This document shows positions 49,149-58,813 of a stretch of 64,000 nt of DNA, one piece after another; within the stretch, counting starts at the first letter, position 1; the number at the start of each line of letters is the position of its first letter. Source of the DNA: a virus (Duplodnaviria; Caudoviricetes). The DNA is taken from the IMG/VR virus record IMGVR_UViG_3300042940_001591; one strand, given 5' to 3'. A model generated the notes under the pieces. That model saw only the letters and a list, made by a program, of their open reading frames with translations. It did not search any database and had not been told where the DNA came from. A program made the translations under genes and the position numbers.

Positions 49149-50604
49149 ATAGTACCATTCTTGACCCTATTAAGAAATTACTTAACCAAGGTGAACCTGG
49201 AGATGTGTTTCCACTCAATTTGTAGTTAAAACTAAACCCAAATCGTTTACTCAACTTGTAATCAAACGAACTACCTAATAAGAATCCCATATGTCGATTA
49301 ACGGTGGACGTTCCTGCAACAGTGTTCCAAGATAATGGTGCAAACATTGTAAATATTTGTGGAGACACCGTCAACTTTTTACTATATTGATATGGTTTAG
49401 TCCAAAAAGCGACTACCGATGACGACATGTTATAATCATAGTTATCTTTTTCATTTTTAAGAAATAAATTTATCAATCCTAAATTATAACCAAATACACC
49501 ATGCTTTGGTGTTGGTTTAATATATGTATAACCTAATAAATTCATGTAGTTCCCATTCAAATAAGCAAATGCGGTAGAATATGAGTGTATTGCTTTTAAT
49601 TTACCTTCTGAGAAATCCATCTTAGTGTATCCACCACTAACAATAAATGTTTTTAGGTCACTCATAATAACCGTATTTGCGGAATAACTTTTATCCCCCA
49701 TCAAGGATGATTTAGATACCCCAATAGTGGCCGATTGTAACCATCTACCGTCAGGTGATTCTATTGTTGATAAATCAGAAGATAATAACATAGGATTTGT
49801 TGCGACCGCCTTTTCTTTTTTCTTCTCTTCTTTTTTCTTTTCCTCTTCCTTCTTTTCTTCTTTAGATTCCTCTTTCTTTTCTTCTTTTTTCTCTTCCGAT
49901 TTAGATTCCTCTTTCTTTTCTTCGGATTTACTTTCAGATTTAGATTCTTCTTTTGATTCAGATTTACTTTCGGTTTTTGATTCTGACTTAGTCTCCGATT
50001 TAGTTTCGGTTTTTGTTTCTGTTTTAGTTTCAGAAGATGAGGATGATCCACCACTTGATGACGAACCACTTGATGAAGATGATGAACTTCCACTACTTGG
50101 TGGTGGAGGTGTTGATGAACTACTACTTGTTGGTGGTGGAGTAGTGGGTGGTGGTGTTGACGCGGCGGAACTTGCGGCAGCTGAACTTGCACTTGAACTA
50201 GCAGCAGAACTTGCCGATGATGATGCAGCACTACTTGCCGCACCACTTGCAGCAGAACTAGCGGCTGCAGATGCTGCCGATGCTGCAGCATTACTTGCGG
50301 TTTGTGCAGCCGCATTTGCTACCGTTTGTTGAACAATTGGATTATTAATTACAGGACAAGTTAATGCCTCATATGTTGCTTTAGTTGTAAATAACCAAGT
50401 CTGTACAACTCCCGTTTGTACTTCCATAGGAGAAAATGTTCTTACTTGATTGTAAAAAGACACAGTAGCATTACCATTTATGATGGTTGTTGTTGCTATC
50501 TTTTTTTCACCACTACATTTATCAATAAATGTTTGAGTGTACGTTTGTCCAAAAGATTTACCACAAAAAAACAATATTAGGAGAGAGATAATATATTTTT
50601 TCAT
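49147..50604 (-). CDS. Secreted/outer-membrane protein: signal peptide, Ala/Ser/Pro and Lys/Glu linkers, C-terminal beta-barrel-like domain
   Basis: MKKYIISLLILFFCGKSFG-Q signal; alternating hydrophobic strands FGYNLGLINL, FLLGSSFDYKL, FGFSFNYKL. Confidence 0.75.
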   Translation of the reverse strand: MKKYIISLLILFFCGKSFGQTYTQTFIDKCSGEKKIATTTIINGNATVSFYNQVRTFSPMEVQTGVVQTWLFTTKATYEALTCPVINNPIVQQTVANAAAQTASNAAASAASAAASSAASGAASSAASSSASSAASSSASSAAASSAASTPPPTTPPPTSSSSSTPPPPSSGSSSSSSSGSSSSGGSSSSSETKTETKTETKSETKSESKTESKSESKEESKSESKSEEKKEESKSEEKKEEKKEESKEEKKEEEKKKEEKKKEKAVATNPMLLSSDLSTIESPDGRWLQSATIGVSKSSLMGDKSYSANTVIMSDLKTFIVSGGYTKMDFSEGKLKAIHSYSTAFAYLNGNYMNLLGYTYIKPTPKHGVFGYNLGLINLFLKNEKDNYDYNMSSSVVAFWTKPYQYSKKLTVSPQIFTMFAPLSWNTVAGTSTVNRHMGFLLGSSFDYKLSKRFGFSFNYKLSGNTSPGSPWLSNFLIGSRMVL

Positions 50605-50605
50605 T

Positions 50606-51439
50606 TTAAAAATTGATACCTAAACCAAAGGTACCGTTACGAATTACCGGGTCATAGTCATACTTTATTGTTATATTTTTGAAATCGTGTAATATTCCAA
50701 CTTTAACAGTTGCGAATCTATCTTTATATTTTGGGAAAGTAATATATCCAATATCATCTTTACCTCTCCACTTCACATCTTCCGTCACACTACCAATCAT
50801 AAGGTGAATACCCGTTCTTTTAATCCTCTTACCAACACCAACATAGAAATTTCTTTGTTCTATCAAATCACTTACCATTGGAAAATCGACTTGTGTTATA
50901 TTACCATAAGGAAAGAATGTTGAATTATCTCTTTCAAATGTTGAGTTATATTCAGCAATAAAATATGCTTTAGTCCCTATTGTAAAAAATCCACCAATCT
51001 GATTACCACCTGTTTTCTGAATACCAAAGCTGACGATTGGTCTCTTACCTTTAATGGTGTCCAATTTTCCATTATCATAAACATACACTCTTGCAGGTTG
51101 TCTATAACCCCAATCGTTTAAGTAAAAGCCTGGGTTCCAAAAGTTCCAACCAAATGCAGGTGCTCCCCACATATCCCATCTATTCCATCCCCATCCAAAA
51201 TTATTCATTAACCATGGGTCTCTTACAATTATGTTTGAACCTGGTCTTGTTCTTAGAGGTCTATCATATCCATTTGATGGTGGTTGATTTCTCCAATTAC
51301 TAACATCATTTCTTTGTGGAGTTGGTGGTTGTATTGATGGTGTTGACCTTTGAGGTGTAGGTGGATTACTTCTCCATGATGAGACTTGTCCTAACACGAT
51401 AGTTGGGATAAGTAATAATAATATTAATAACGTTTTCAT
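50606..51439 (-). CDS. Secreted protein with W/G/N-rich N-terminus and C-terminal beta-barrel (BAM-type terminal Phe)
   Basis: MKTLLILLLLIPTIVLG-Q; ends GTFGLGINF. Confidence 0.75.
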   Translation of the reverse strand: MKTLLILLLLIPTIVLGQVSSWRSNPPTPQRSTPSIQPPTPQRNDVSNWRNQPPSNGYDRPLRTRPGSNIIVRDPWLMNNFGWGWNRWDMWGAPAFGWNFWNPGFYLNDWGYRQPARVYVYDNGKLDTIKGKRPIVSFGIQKTGGNQIGGFFTIGTKAYFIAEYNSTFERDNSTFFPYGNITQVDFPMVSDLIEQRNFYVGVGKRIKRTGIHLMIGSVTEDVKWRGKDDIGYITFPKYKDRFATVKVGILHDFKNITIKYDYDPVIRNGTFGLGINF

Positions 51440-51516
51440 ATGGTTATTCTTTTATTATAAATATAAAAAAAGGAGGTTATTACACCTCCTTTTAAATAAT
51501 TCTTAATGTAATTAAA

Positions 51517-52239
51517 CTATTTTGTGAATATTCCTTTTTTAATCATTCTATCAAGGATGTTAGCACATGCAATATCTAAAGCCTTTTTAGTTGCTATGGA
51601 AATTGTTGATTGATTAAATTTTATTGGGTCTACAGTTGCATCAGATAAAAGGGTTAACTCTCTTTTTGTGGTTGCCTCACCTAAACCCGATCCACCAAAT
51701 ACAACACCTGTTTCAGCATCTGTAAATCTAACCTGAAGACCTATACGAGTCACCATATTGTCTTGTATACCATTTTTAAGGTTGATGGTTTCATCTTCCG
51801 ACACCGAGTAATCATAACACTCAATAGTGACAAAATACTTTGCCAAATTTATTTTACCACGACCATCTAATTTATTCTCGGAAATACCAGATTGGGATGC
51901 TTGGAATTGCTTTACCATACGATTCTTAATTTCTGTTTTATCCTCAGTAAATTTGAATCTGTTTAAGTTTTCAAGATATTCCATTGAAATATTAGCAACC
52001 CCCAAACCAACACGTTTTTCTTTTAGTTCAGGATACATTTCATACATCTCATCAGAAATTCCTGCCTTTAATATTTGAATTGGAATTTGTGGACCGTCGT
52101 AATCCATATAATCACTAATATCTCTTTTCTTTTCGAAGTCCGCCTTGTAGTCTTCTGTTTTAGTTTTACCTATTGTTTGTCCGTTAACAACAACAACGCT
52201 TAGTAAAAAAACGCTTAATAATGTTAATAATTTTTTCAT
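51517..52239 (-). CDS. CsgG/HfaB-like secreted protein
   Basis: Signal peptide; GVANISMEYLENLNRFKFTE, AKYFVTIECYDY, IGLQVRFTDAETGVVF, SGLGEA resemble the CsgG/TolB-N fold. Confidence 0.6.
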   Translation of the reverse strand: MKKLLTLLSVFLLSVVVVNGQTIGKTKTEDYKADFEKKRDISDYMDYDGPQIPIQILKAGISDEMYEMYPELKEKRVGLGVANISMEYLENLNRFKFTEDKTEIKNRMVKQFQASQSGISENKLDGRGKINLAKYFVTIECYDYSVSEDETINLKNGIQDNMVTRIGLQVRFTDAETGVVFGGSGLGEATTKRELTLLSDATVDPIKFNQSTISIATKKALDIACANILDRMIKKGIFTK

Positions 52240-52249
52240 ACATTTTATC

Positions 52250-52417
52250 TTAACCCTTCCAATTTTTTGGGTGGGATTTTCTTTTAGGTGTGTTATTTAT
52301 AATTTCTTCTACAACAACAATTTCCGGTTCAGGAATAACTTCCTCAACAACTGAAACAATTTCAGGTTCCGTAATTATTTCTTCAATAACAGTAACAATT
52401 TCATTATTTTCTTCCAT
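52250..52417 (-). CDS. Small acidic repeat protein, 55 aa
   Basis: Not in track: MEENNEIVTVIEEIITEPEIVSVVEEVIPEPEIVVVEEIINNTPKRKSHPKNWKG. Confidence 0.55.
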   Translation of the reverse strand: MEENNEIVTVIEEIITEPEIVSVVEEVIPEPEIVVVEEIINNTPKRKSHPKNWKG

Positions 52418-52477
52418 TTTTAATTAATTTTTTAAATAAATTTTTATTAAAAAGGAGGGTTTTATCCCTCCTTAATA

Positions 52478-52726
52478 TTAACCTTCCATCTCATCTTTCT
52501 TTTTGTGAGAGAACTTATCCAAAGTGTCAGCACCCATTCCAATTCCCGTGATTAACATCACTGCATTCACCAATTCAGGTGACGGGGCAAAATCCGCATG
52601 AGAGAACGAATTTAAAATCATCGTTATACATAGGAATAAAGCACCTATCATTGCTATTACCGGTTTTACCGATATTGAACCTCTTTCATCTTTGAAGAGT
52701 TCGATTACCCATTGTTTAAAATTCAT
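52478..52726 (-). CDS. Small 2-TM membrane protein (holin-like)
   Basis: Two hydrophobic helices, basic C-terminal tail. Confidence 0.6.
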   Translation of the reverse strand: MNFKQWVIELFKDERGSISVKPVIAMIGALFLCITMILNSFSHADFAPSPELVNAVMLITGIGMGADTLDKFSHKKKDEMEG

Positions 52727-52751
52727 TTTTGTCTTGTTTTAATTTTATTTA

Positions 52752-53381
52752 TTATCCTTCCATATGCATTTCTGCATTTTCATCTTTTATTTTACCACAC
52801 TTTAAACATTCCTCGATTCCGTCACCATCCAAGTCACCCCAAACGTGTTCACATTGTCTATGTGCAAAATACATATCAATTTTACCATCACCATCAAAAT
52901 CTATACCATCCATTGTACCATCACCATCTTCATCAACTTCAACACCAGTTCTTGGTTGAACGGTTGGTACTTGTTCAAACGTATCATTTACCTTTTCTAT
53001 TTTTGAGTTTTCAATAGCGGTTTGAAACTCCTCTGGTATGATTGGAGTGTTGTTTGGTGGAGTTGGTGGTAAATCGGCGGTATTGCTTAATGATGTGCCA
53101 TCTTCTTCATCCATTTTCTGAACTAACATCTTATCCTTATCGGTATCACTAAACCAATAGTCAATTATTTTACCATAAGAACCGATGAAAGCTCCTAACA
53201 ATAATAGAAGAAGTTCTTTCCATTCTCCTTCTATTGCTGATTTATTTAATATAGCAAAGAACATTCCTCCTATAATAAACATGAATCCACCCAATACCAA
53301 TGCGGTGATGTACCATCTTCTGGCCATCATATTACTTAATAAATCTTTAAAACCACTTGGTGGTTGTTTGTTTTCTGCCAT
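52752..53381 (-). CDS. 2-TM membrane protein with DxDxDG Ca-binding loops and Cys knuckle
   Basis: DEDGDGTMD, DFDGDGKID, DLDGDGIE; C-x-H..CLKC. Confidence 0.7.
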   Translation of the reverse strand: MAENKQPPSGFKDLLSNMMARRWYITALVLGGFMFIIGGMFFAILNKSAIEGEWKELLLLLLGAFIGSYGKIIDYWFSDTDKDKMLVQKMDEEDGTSLSNTADLPPTPPNNTPIIPEEFQTAIENSKIEKVNDTFEQVPTVQPRTGVEVDEDGDGTMDGIDFDGDGKIDMYFAHRQCEHVWGDLDGDGIEECLKCGKIKDENAEMHMEG

Positions 53382-53383
53382 TT

Positions 53384-53629
53384 TTATTTATTTTTTTTTA
53401 AAAGAGATTTTATATCACAATAACAGGAATTAGCACCGTGAGCTATTGCCATTAGTATCCACATTAAAGTCATTTCACCCAAACCCAAAATGGTTTTAGG
53501 AGTATCACTACTTAATGTGTTTGGTGAACAATGTGTTATTGATTGTATTGGTTCGTAAAAATAGATCGCTAATCCTAAAAAAATTATAGAAACCCAATAT
53601 CTTAGTATGTAGTATTTTATATTATTCAT
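53384..53629 (-). CDS. Small membrane protein (start set at MNNIKYY)
   Basis: Two hydrophobic segments. Confidence 0.55.
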   Translation of the reverse strand: MNNIKYYILRYWVSIIFLGLAIYFYEPIQSITHCSPNTLSSDTPKTILGLGEMTLMWILMAIAHGANSCYCDIKSLLKKNK

Positions 53630-53643
53630 ATTATTATTATTTT

Positions 53644-53799
53644 TTATCTTTTCCAAGACCATCCCTTTTTTCTACCTCTTATTAATAAATAACTACAACC
53701 CCCAATAAAAAATGTTAAAAACATCGATTGGGAATTAAATACAAACATAGCTATCATACATAATACGATTACCGCTATAAAACTTAATCCCTGTTCCAT
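53644..53799 (-). CDS. Small 2-TM membrane protein, 51 aa
   Basis: Not in track: MEQGLSFIAVIVLCMIAMFVFNSQSMFLTFFIGGCSYLLIRGRKKGWSWKR. Confidence 0.55.
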   Translation of the reverse strand: MEQGLSFIAVIVLCMIAMFVFNSQSMFLTFFIGGCSYLLIRGRKKGWSWKR

Positions 53800-53808
53800 T
53801 TTAAATTT

Positions 53809-54120
53809 TTACCATTTAGGAGCCTCTTCTTTAAACTCATCACCTTCTTTCTTTTTTACAGGAGCTGGTTTTTCTTTAACTGTTTCTTTTTCTTTAATAA
53901 TTACAGTCTTACCACCACCCGCCGATTGTTGTTGAGTTTGTGAATTTGTAATGTTTATTACTGGTGCCGCTTGTTGTGGTGCCGGTTCTGCTTTATCACC
54001 ACCACCTAAAAGTGTTGATAACCATACTCCCGCCGCGGTCACTAATGTTCCTGCAACCCCAATTATTGTCTTTTTTAAACCCGACCAAGTTCCTTCTGAT
54101 TGTTCTACTTCTTCTGACAT
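53809..54120 (-). CDS. Single-TM membrane-anchored protein
   Basis: IIGVAGTLVTAAGVWLSTLL helix then a Q/P/K-rich tail. Confidence 0.7.
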   Translation of the reverse strand: MSEEVEQSEGTWSGLKKTIIGVAGTLVTAAGVWLSTLLGGGDKAEPAPQQAAPVINITNSQTQQQSAGGGKTVIIKEKETVKEKPAPVKKKEGDEFKEEAPKW

Positions 54121-54158
54121 TGTATTTGTTTTTAGTTTTTTAGTTTATTTTATTAATA

Positions 54159-54878
54159 TTACGCACCCAATGCTTTACTGAATCCATTAGGACAAGTTCT
54201 AGTACATATCAAATCTGCTATAATAGGTGCTACTGCAGTTCCGATTGCAATACCAACTCCAGCAGGGGTAGCCCATAATGCCGCCGAATCTAAACTATGA
54301 TAGATACAATTTGAACATACGTTTCTTAATAATTCTGAATCAATATTTTCACCAACACCAGGTATTGATAAAAATCCATCTGCCACTATTACACCCATTG
54401 CCGTTGATACCGCCATTTTAGCTGCCGTATCTGCAATGTAAAGAACAGGCGTAGCCATCAACGATAATGTAGTTGAAGTTGCCGCTCCAGCAGGTTGCGC
54501 TGGTGTAAATGCCGCAACAACACCGGCAGAGATTAGTGCGGTTATTGCTATATTACAAGCGTTTTCGTCCGCCCAGTTATATGCCATCACAGCACCATCT
54601 TTTACCACTTCATATCCCTCTTTAACACCAGATTCTATTTGATTTCCAACATTAATAAGTACCGGCATAACTTCTTCTTCCCATTCTCTACCTACCACAT
54701 CTTCAACTCTATGATTTATTTCAGGATGGTCGTGAATGTATCTTATTGCTTTATTGGTTAATCCCCACGTATCACACGCCGAACAAGGTCCATCTCCTCC
54801 GAATCCATACCATCTTACATAGTTATCACCACAATCCGAGCGATGATAAACAACTCCGTCTCCGTTTCTGTCTGCCAT
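54159..54878 (-). CDS. Cys-containing protein with long Ala/Gly hydrophobic C-terminal helices
   Basis: No signal peptide; IAITALISAGVVAAF, AAKMAVSTAMGVIV, AGVGIAIGTAVAPII. Confidence 0.7.
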   Translation of the reverse strand: MADRNGDGVVYHRSDCGDNYVRWYGFGGDGPCSACDTWGLTNKAIRYIHDHPEINHRVEDVVGREWEEEVMPVLINVGNQIESGVKEGYEVVKDGAVMAYNWADENACNIAITALISAGVVAAFTPAQPAGAATSTTLSLMATPVLYIADTAAKMAVSTAMGVIVADGFLSIPGVGENIDSELLRNVCSNCIYHSLDSAALWATPAGVGIAIGTAVAPIIADLICTRTCPNGFSKALGA

Positions 54879-54895
54879 AATTTTTGTTTTTTAAT

Positions 54896-55276
54896 TTATT
54901 GTATTTTATTGAAATCTGTTATTCCTAATTGTTTATTGTTAGAATCGAATAACCCTATTCTATATGCTGATGATGGTAACGCGTTAGTGTATACCTTTAA
55001 AAGATTATCACCGGCAACTACATTCATCGTTTCTTTAGATACTACTCTGTTTGAAATGTCGAATATTTTAACCGTCACTGAACCCGCAGTTTCGGTTTTA
55101 ACATTCATTGCCACCTCAGAGGTTACAAAAACAGTTTGTAATTTAATACCGACTGAATTTGTCATTTTAAGATCTTCCGATATCGATTGAGGGGCTGGTA
55201 AAATGTCATCTTTGTAACATCCTGTTAAAATTGTGGATAATAACACCATTGAGAGAATTTTTTTCATTTTTGTCAT
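54896..55276 (-). CDS. Lipoprotein consisting of a T9SS C-terminal-domain-like fold
   Basis: LTGC lipobox; GSVTVKIFDISNRVV..GDNLLKVYTNALPSSAYRIGL. Confidence 0.65.
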   Translation of the reverse strand: MTKMKKILSMVLLSTILTGCYKDDILPAPQSISEDLKMTNSVGIKLQTVFVTSEVAMNVKTETAGSVTVKIFDISNRVVSKETMNVVAGDNLLKVYTNALPSSAYRIGLFDSNNKQLGITDFNKIQ

Positions 55277-55278
55277 TT

Positions 55279-55623
55279 TTAATTTACTATTATTTTTGTT
55301 TTTTTCAATTCATTTCCATCCACACCTTTAAGTACTAAATATAAATATCCTTTAGGTAGGGAATTGGTATAAATCTTCTTCACATTTTCACCATTTTGTC
55401 CAATAAATTTTTCTCGACTAATAACTTGATTTGTTGTCACATCTATTAAGGTCAATGTATACGTACCTGCGGAGGGTAAATCAAAATAGATAGATTGTCC
55501 GTTTGTTACCTTACTTTCTGTTACATTAAAGATATTATCTTTCGCAACCACCTCGGGCATCGGTAATTCGGGTTTAACACATCCCGTTAATAAAATAAAT
55601 GATATTAATATTAATTTTTTCAT
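55279..55623 (-). CDS. Lipoprotein consisting of a T9SS C-terminal-domain-like fold
   Basis: LTGC lipobox; AGTYTLTLIDVTTNQVI..IYTNSLPKGYLYLVLKG..KKTKIIVN. Confidence 0.7.
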   Translation of the reverse strand: MKKLILISFILLTGCVKPELPMPEVVAKDNIFNVTESKVTNGQSIYFDLPSAGTYTLTLIDVTTNQVISREKFIGQNGENVKKIYTNSLPKGYLYLVLKGVDGNELKKTKIIVN

Positions 55624-56516
55624 TAAAATTGAAAGTTTGTTCCTATCATAAACATTATTGGATTACTTTTTTTATAACCAACTGATTCTGATAATTTATC
55701 CCAAGTTGTGTTATATCTGATATTAGTATTTAACACAAATCTTTTAGTTATTTTCCAATCAATAGATGTTCCATAATATAAGTCCAAATTGAAATCATCT
55801 ATATATGTCAAATCCGATTCAGTACCATCTTTAAATACTTTATATACATCACTCATAGCAAATATTTGTGGTGAAATGTTTACCCTCTTCGTTTTCAATG
55901 TATACGTGTACATCACCATACCTCTATAAGTAAGTTCGGATGATGATGGCATTTGTGGATATATTAAATCTTTAAAATCACCATTTTCATCTACCGTATA
56001 TTTTCCTTCCCATTCACCCTGATAAGTTCCCCAAAATGATTTTGACGCAGTTAAACTATAACCAAATGTTCCAAACTTTTTAGTTCTGAATACATCTATA
56101 AATGATAATGTAATATCTTTTTGGAAATCAAAATCGGTTGAAAAAAATGTTTGTATTGTTGTAGTTCTCTTTTCGGTATTTTTACTAAGTCCATAACCCA
56201 CACCATAATAATTCCATATAGGGTTTATTGATGTTGCGAATGTATGTCCCCATTGTCCATTCATAGATGATTTATGATACCCCAAATTAAGAGTAGTAGA
56301 TACCTGTCTTCCAATTATACCAACTGATAAGTTTGAAGATGAAAGTACATCTTTTGAAAAATTAACATATGATTGCAATATACCCACATCGTTCCAATCA
56401 TCACTTTCTCCAAATAATTCTTTTGGTGATAGTTGTAATGTATCGGGTGCAGGTATTTGTGCGTTTGACACAAATCCAATTAAAACTAACGATATGATTA
56501 ATAATAGTTTTTTCAT
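55623..56516 (-). CDS. Outer-membrane beta-barrel protein
   Basis: Signal peptide (VSNA-Q); amphipathic strands; ends MIGTNFQF. Confidence 0.78.
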   Translation of the reverse strand: MKKLLLIISLVLIGFVSNAQIPAPDTLQLSPKELFGESDDWNDVGILQSYVNFSKDVLSSSNLSVGIIGRQVSTTLNLGYHKSSMNGQWGHTFATSINPIWNYYGVGYGLSKNTEKRTTTIQTFFSTDFDFQKDITLSFIDVFRTKKFGTFGYSLTASKSFWGTYQGEWEGKYTVDENGDFKDLIYPQMPSSSELTYRGMVMYTYTLKTKRVNISPQIFAMSDVYKVFKDGTESDLTYIDDFNLDLYYGTSIDWKITKRFVLNTNIRYNTTWDKLSESVGYKKSNPIMFMIGTNFQF

Positions 56517-58813
56517 TAGTTCATTTTTACTTTTAATTGTGTTCCATTTTTATTAACTGCATCGGTTGTTGATATTGAAGTTAAACCCAAAGTACCACTC
56601 AGTCCTATTAATGGTAAAAATGTTATTTTATATTCTGTTGTTTTATCCAATAATGTTGAACCATCGGTAATCAATGAACCTAATGTTATTGATGAACCTC
56701 TATTAGTTCCAAAATTGGTAGGAGTTCCCTTTGTGGTGAATTCTACTTTTTCAAATTTCAATGATGTGTTATCATAGTTCAAGTTAAATTGAGTACCAAC
56801 TACCTCTTGTTGTAATGGGTCTACCGAAATCGTTACTACTAATTTACCACCAATGTTTTCACCCATCAAATATGCATTTATTTCGTTTGGTACTGAATTG
56901 GTATTTAAACTCATAGTTCTAATTGAATTACTTGTAACACCACTTACACTTTGTTGTGCCGAATGTGATAGATTTACATCACCTACCCAAGTTGCGTTCA
57001 CATTGTAAGTATTATTAAGTGTACTCGTATTCAAACTAAAAGGGAATAAACTTCTGGTAGAGTTAAATTGTGTACTCCAATTAGATTTTGTTACCGCATC
57101 ATATTCTGACTTACTATATAACTTAATCAAATAGGTTAATACCGAGTATTGTGTTAGTGGTGCGGCTCCTGTCAAATGTTGTAATAATTTGTATGTATCT
57201 GCTTCATTAAATATACCATTACCATCCACATCTGCGTTCATATATTGAATCCCCGATGTAAATTCCAACCCACTCTCATTTCCAAATATACCACCATTTG
57301 ATAATTCTTTAAATGCGATAAACACATCCGATACCGTTACAATACTATTATATAGAGTGTTTAAATCAGTTTGGTTGGTATATGATAAATCGATTCCGTG
57401 TTGTTTATAACTTTGAATTGGTGAGAATGTAAATTCTGCCTTTGTTCCGTACCACCCATCTTGTAATCGTAATTGAGATTGAAATGTGGATGAAGTTATT
57501 TTGGTTGTCAAATTACCTGGCATTATATACGTTTTCCAAAATCCACTTACATTATTAATGGTAACCGGTCCATCATATATGTCAAATAATTTAACCGATG
57601 TTACATTGTTTGGGGATACTCCCGTTCCATCAAATTCTCTTTCATCTATTAACAATTGGTGTCCACCTAAATTTGCATCATATGGATTTATTATTGCCCA
57701 TTCAACTTGTCCGGCGGTTGTAGTTGCTTTAACCCCAACACCACTTACCTTTGCGGTATCTAAATCATTTGTAATATCAACTTTACCTAATCCACTTATT
57801 GCTCTTGATGTGTTGGTTGTTGTACTCCATACATTATTTACATATCTGTTTGCCTTTGCTGAGAATTTGGTCTCATCCACGTTACTACCAAAATCAAAAT
57901 TAAATCTAGCAGTTAGAACTTCACCATTTGAGTGAGTTACTGAATTGGTATAAAACTCTGTGAACGTTGCATCATCAGGATTAGTCCAAGTTCCAAATTC
58001 AACCACATAAGGATTTGCAAAATGGTTTGGTAAATCATTCCATTGAGAACCATTCCATTTGGTTACTGCATAATCTTCGTTACCACTATCGTTTGGTTCA
58101 CCAGGTGCCCAGTTATTATATTGACCGGGAATATTTCCGTTTAGTTGTCCGTTATTTATTTTAATTAAAGTTCCAGCTTCAGGACCTGCATCAATTGTCC
58201 ATCTAGCTTCACTTGCAGCATCGGATAATGCGAACCATATATTTGTTTGAGGTACATTGTTAAAAATAAAAGCATCTTCATCCGCTGAAGTAATTGTTAC
58301 TAAATATCCTTGTTGTCCTTTGAATGTTTGTTGTGATGATAGTGTTTTAGCATTTGTATAAGTTGCTCCGGTTGATATTGGTCTATAAAAGTGTCCATTT
58401 GTTCCGTTATAAAAATATCCTGTTGGATTGACTGTTGCAGCCACGGATAATGCAACATTACCTCTTACCGAACCTGTATTTACTTTTAGAGATGCTAAAG
58501 CAGTATTGATATTCGCCATTGTTCCCGTTACCACCAAACGAGTTTTATTACCGCTTAAAGTAAATCCACTTGCTGCGGTTAAACCTGTTGTTGTAGTTAG
58601 GTTAAATGTTGTACCCGTTGGTGGATTAACTAAACTAATTGATGCTAATAAAGTTGCGGTTGAACCGAACCCACTCAATACAAATCCACTTGCATCTTGT
58701 CCAGATGTAGATGGTAAAAATGATTTAGAGTCCGGAGCAGATACACTCTGTCCGAACCCTAAAAATGAAATTAGTAAAAAACATATTACTAATAGTTTCT
58801 TCATATTACTCAA
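56516..58813 (-). CDS. Secreted adhesin: C-type lectin domain + dockerin-like + cohesin-like
   Basis: NGHFY..YLVTITSADE..IWFALSD..NWAPGEPND..WNDL (CTLD with EPN/WND); ADVDGNGIFNEADTYKLLQHL; GTQFNLNYDNTSLKF. Confidence 0.75.
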   Translation of the reverse strand: MSNMKKLLVICFLLISFLGFGQSVSAPDSKSFLPSTSGQDASGFVLSGFGSTATLLASISLVNPPTGTTFNLTTTTGLTAASGFTLSGNKTRLVVTGTMANINTALASLKVNTGSVRGNVALSVAATVNPTGYFYNGTNGHFYRPISTGATYTNAKTLSSQQTFKGQQGYLVTITSADEDAFIFNNVPQTNIWFALSDAASEARWTIDAGPEAGTLIKINNGQLNGNIPGQYNNWAPGEPNDSGNEDYAVTKWNGSQWNDLPNHFANPYVVEFGTWTNPDDATFTEFYTNSVTHSNGEVLTARFNFDFGSNVDETKFSAKANRYVNNVWSTTTNTSRAISGLGKVDITNDLDTAKVSGVGVKATTTAGQVEWAIINPYDANLGGHQLLIDEREFDGTGVSPNNVTSVKLFDIYDGPVTINNVSGFWKTYIMPGNLTTKITSSTFQSQLRLQDGWYGTKAEFTFSPIQSYKQHGIDLSYTNQTDLNTLYNSIVTVSDVFIAFKELSNGGIFGNESGLEFTSGIQYMNADVDGNGIFNEADTYKLLQHLTGAAPLTQYSVLTYLIKLYSKSEYDAVTKSNWSTQFNSTRSLFPFSLNTSTLNNTYNVNATWVGDVNLSHSAQQSVSGVTSNSIRTMSLNTNSVPNEINAYLMGENIGGKLVVTISVDPLQQEVVGTQFNLNYDNTSLKFEKVEFTTKGTPTNFGTNRGSSITLGSLITDGSTLLDKTTEYKITFLPLIGLSGTLGLTSISTTDAVNKNGTQLKVKMN

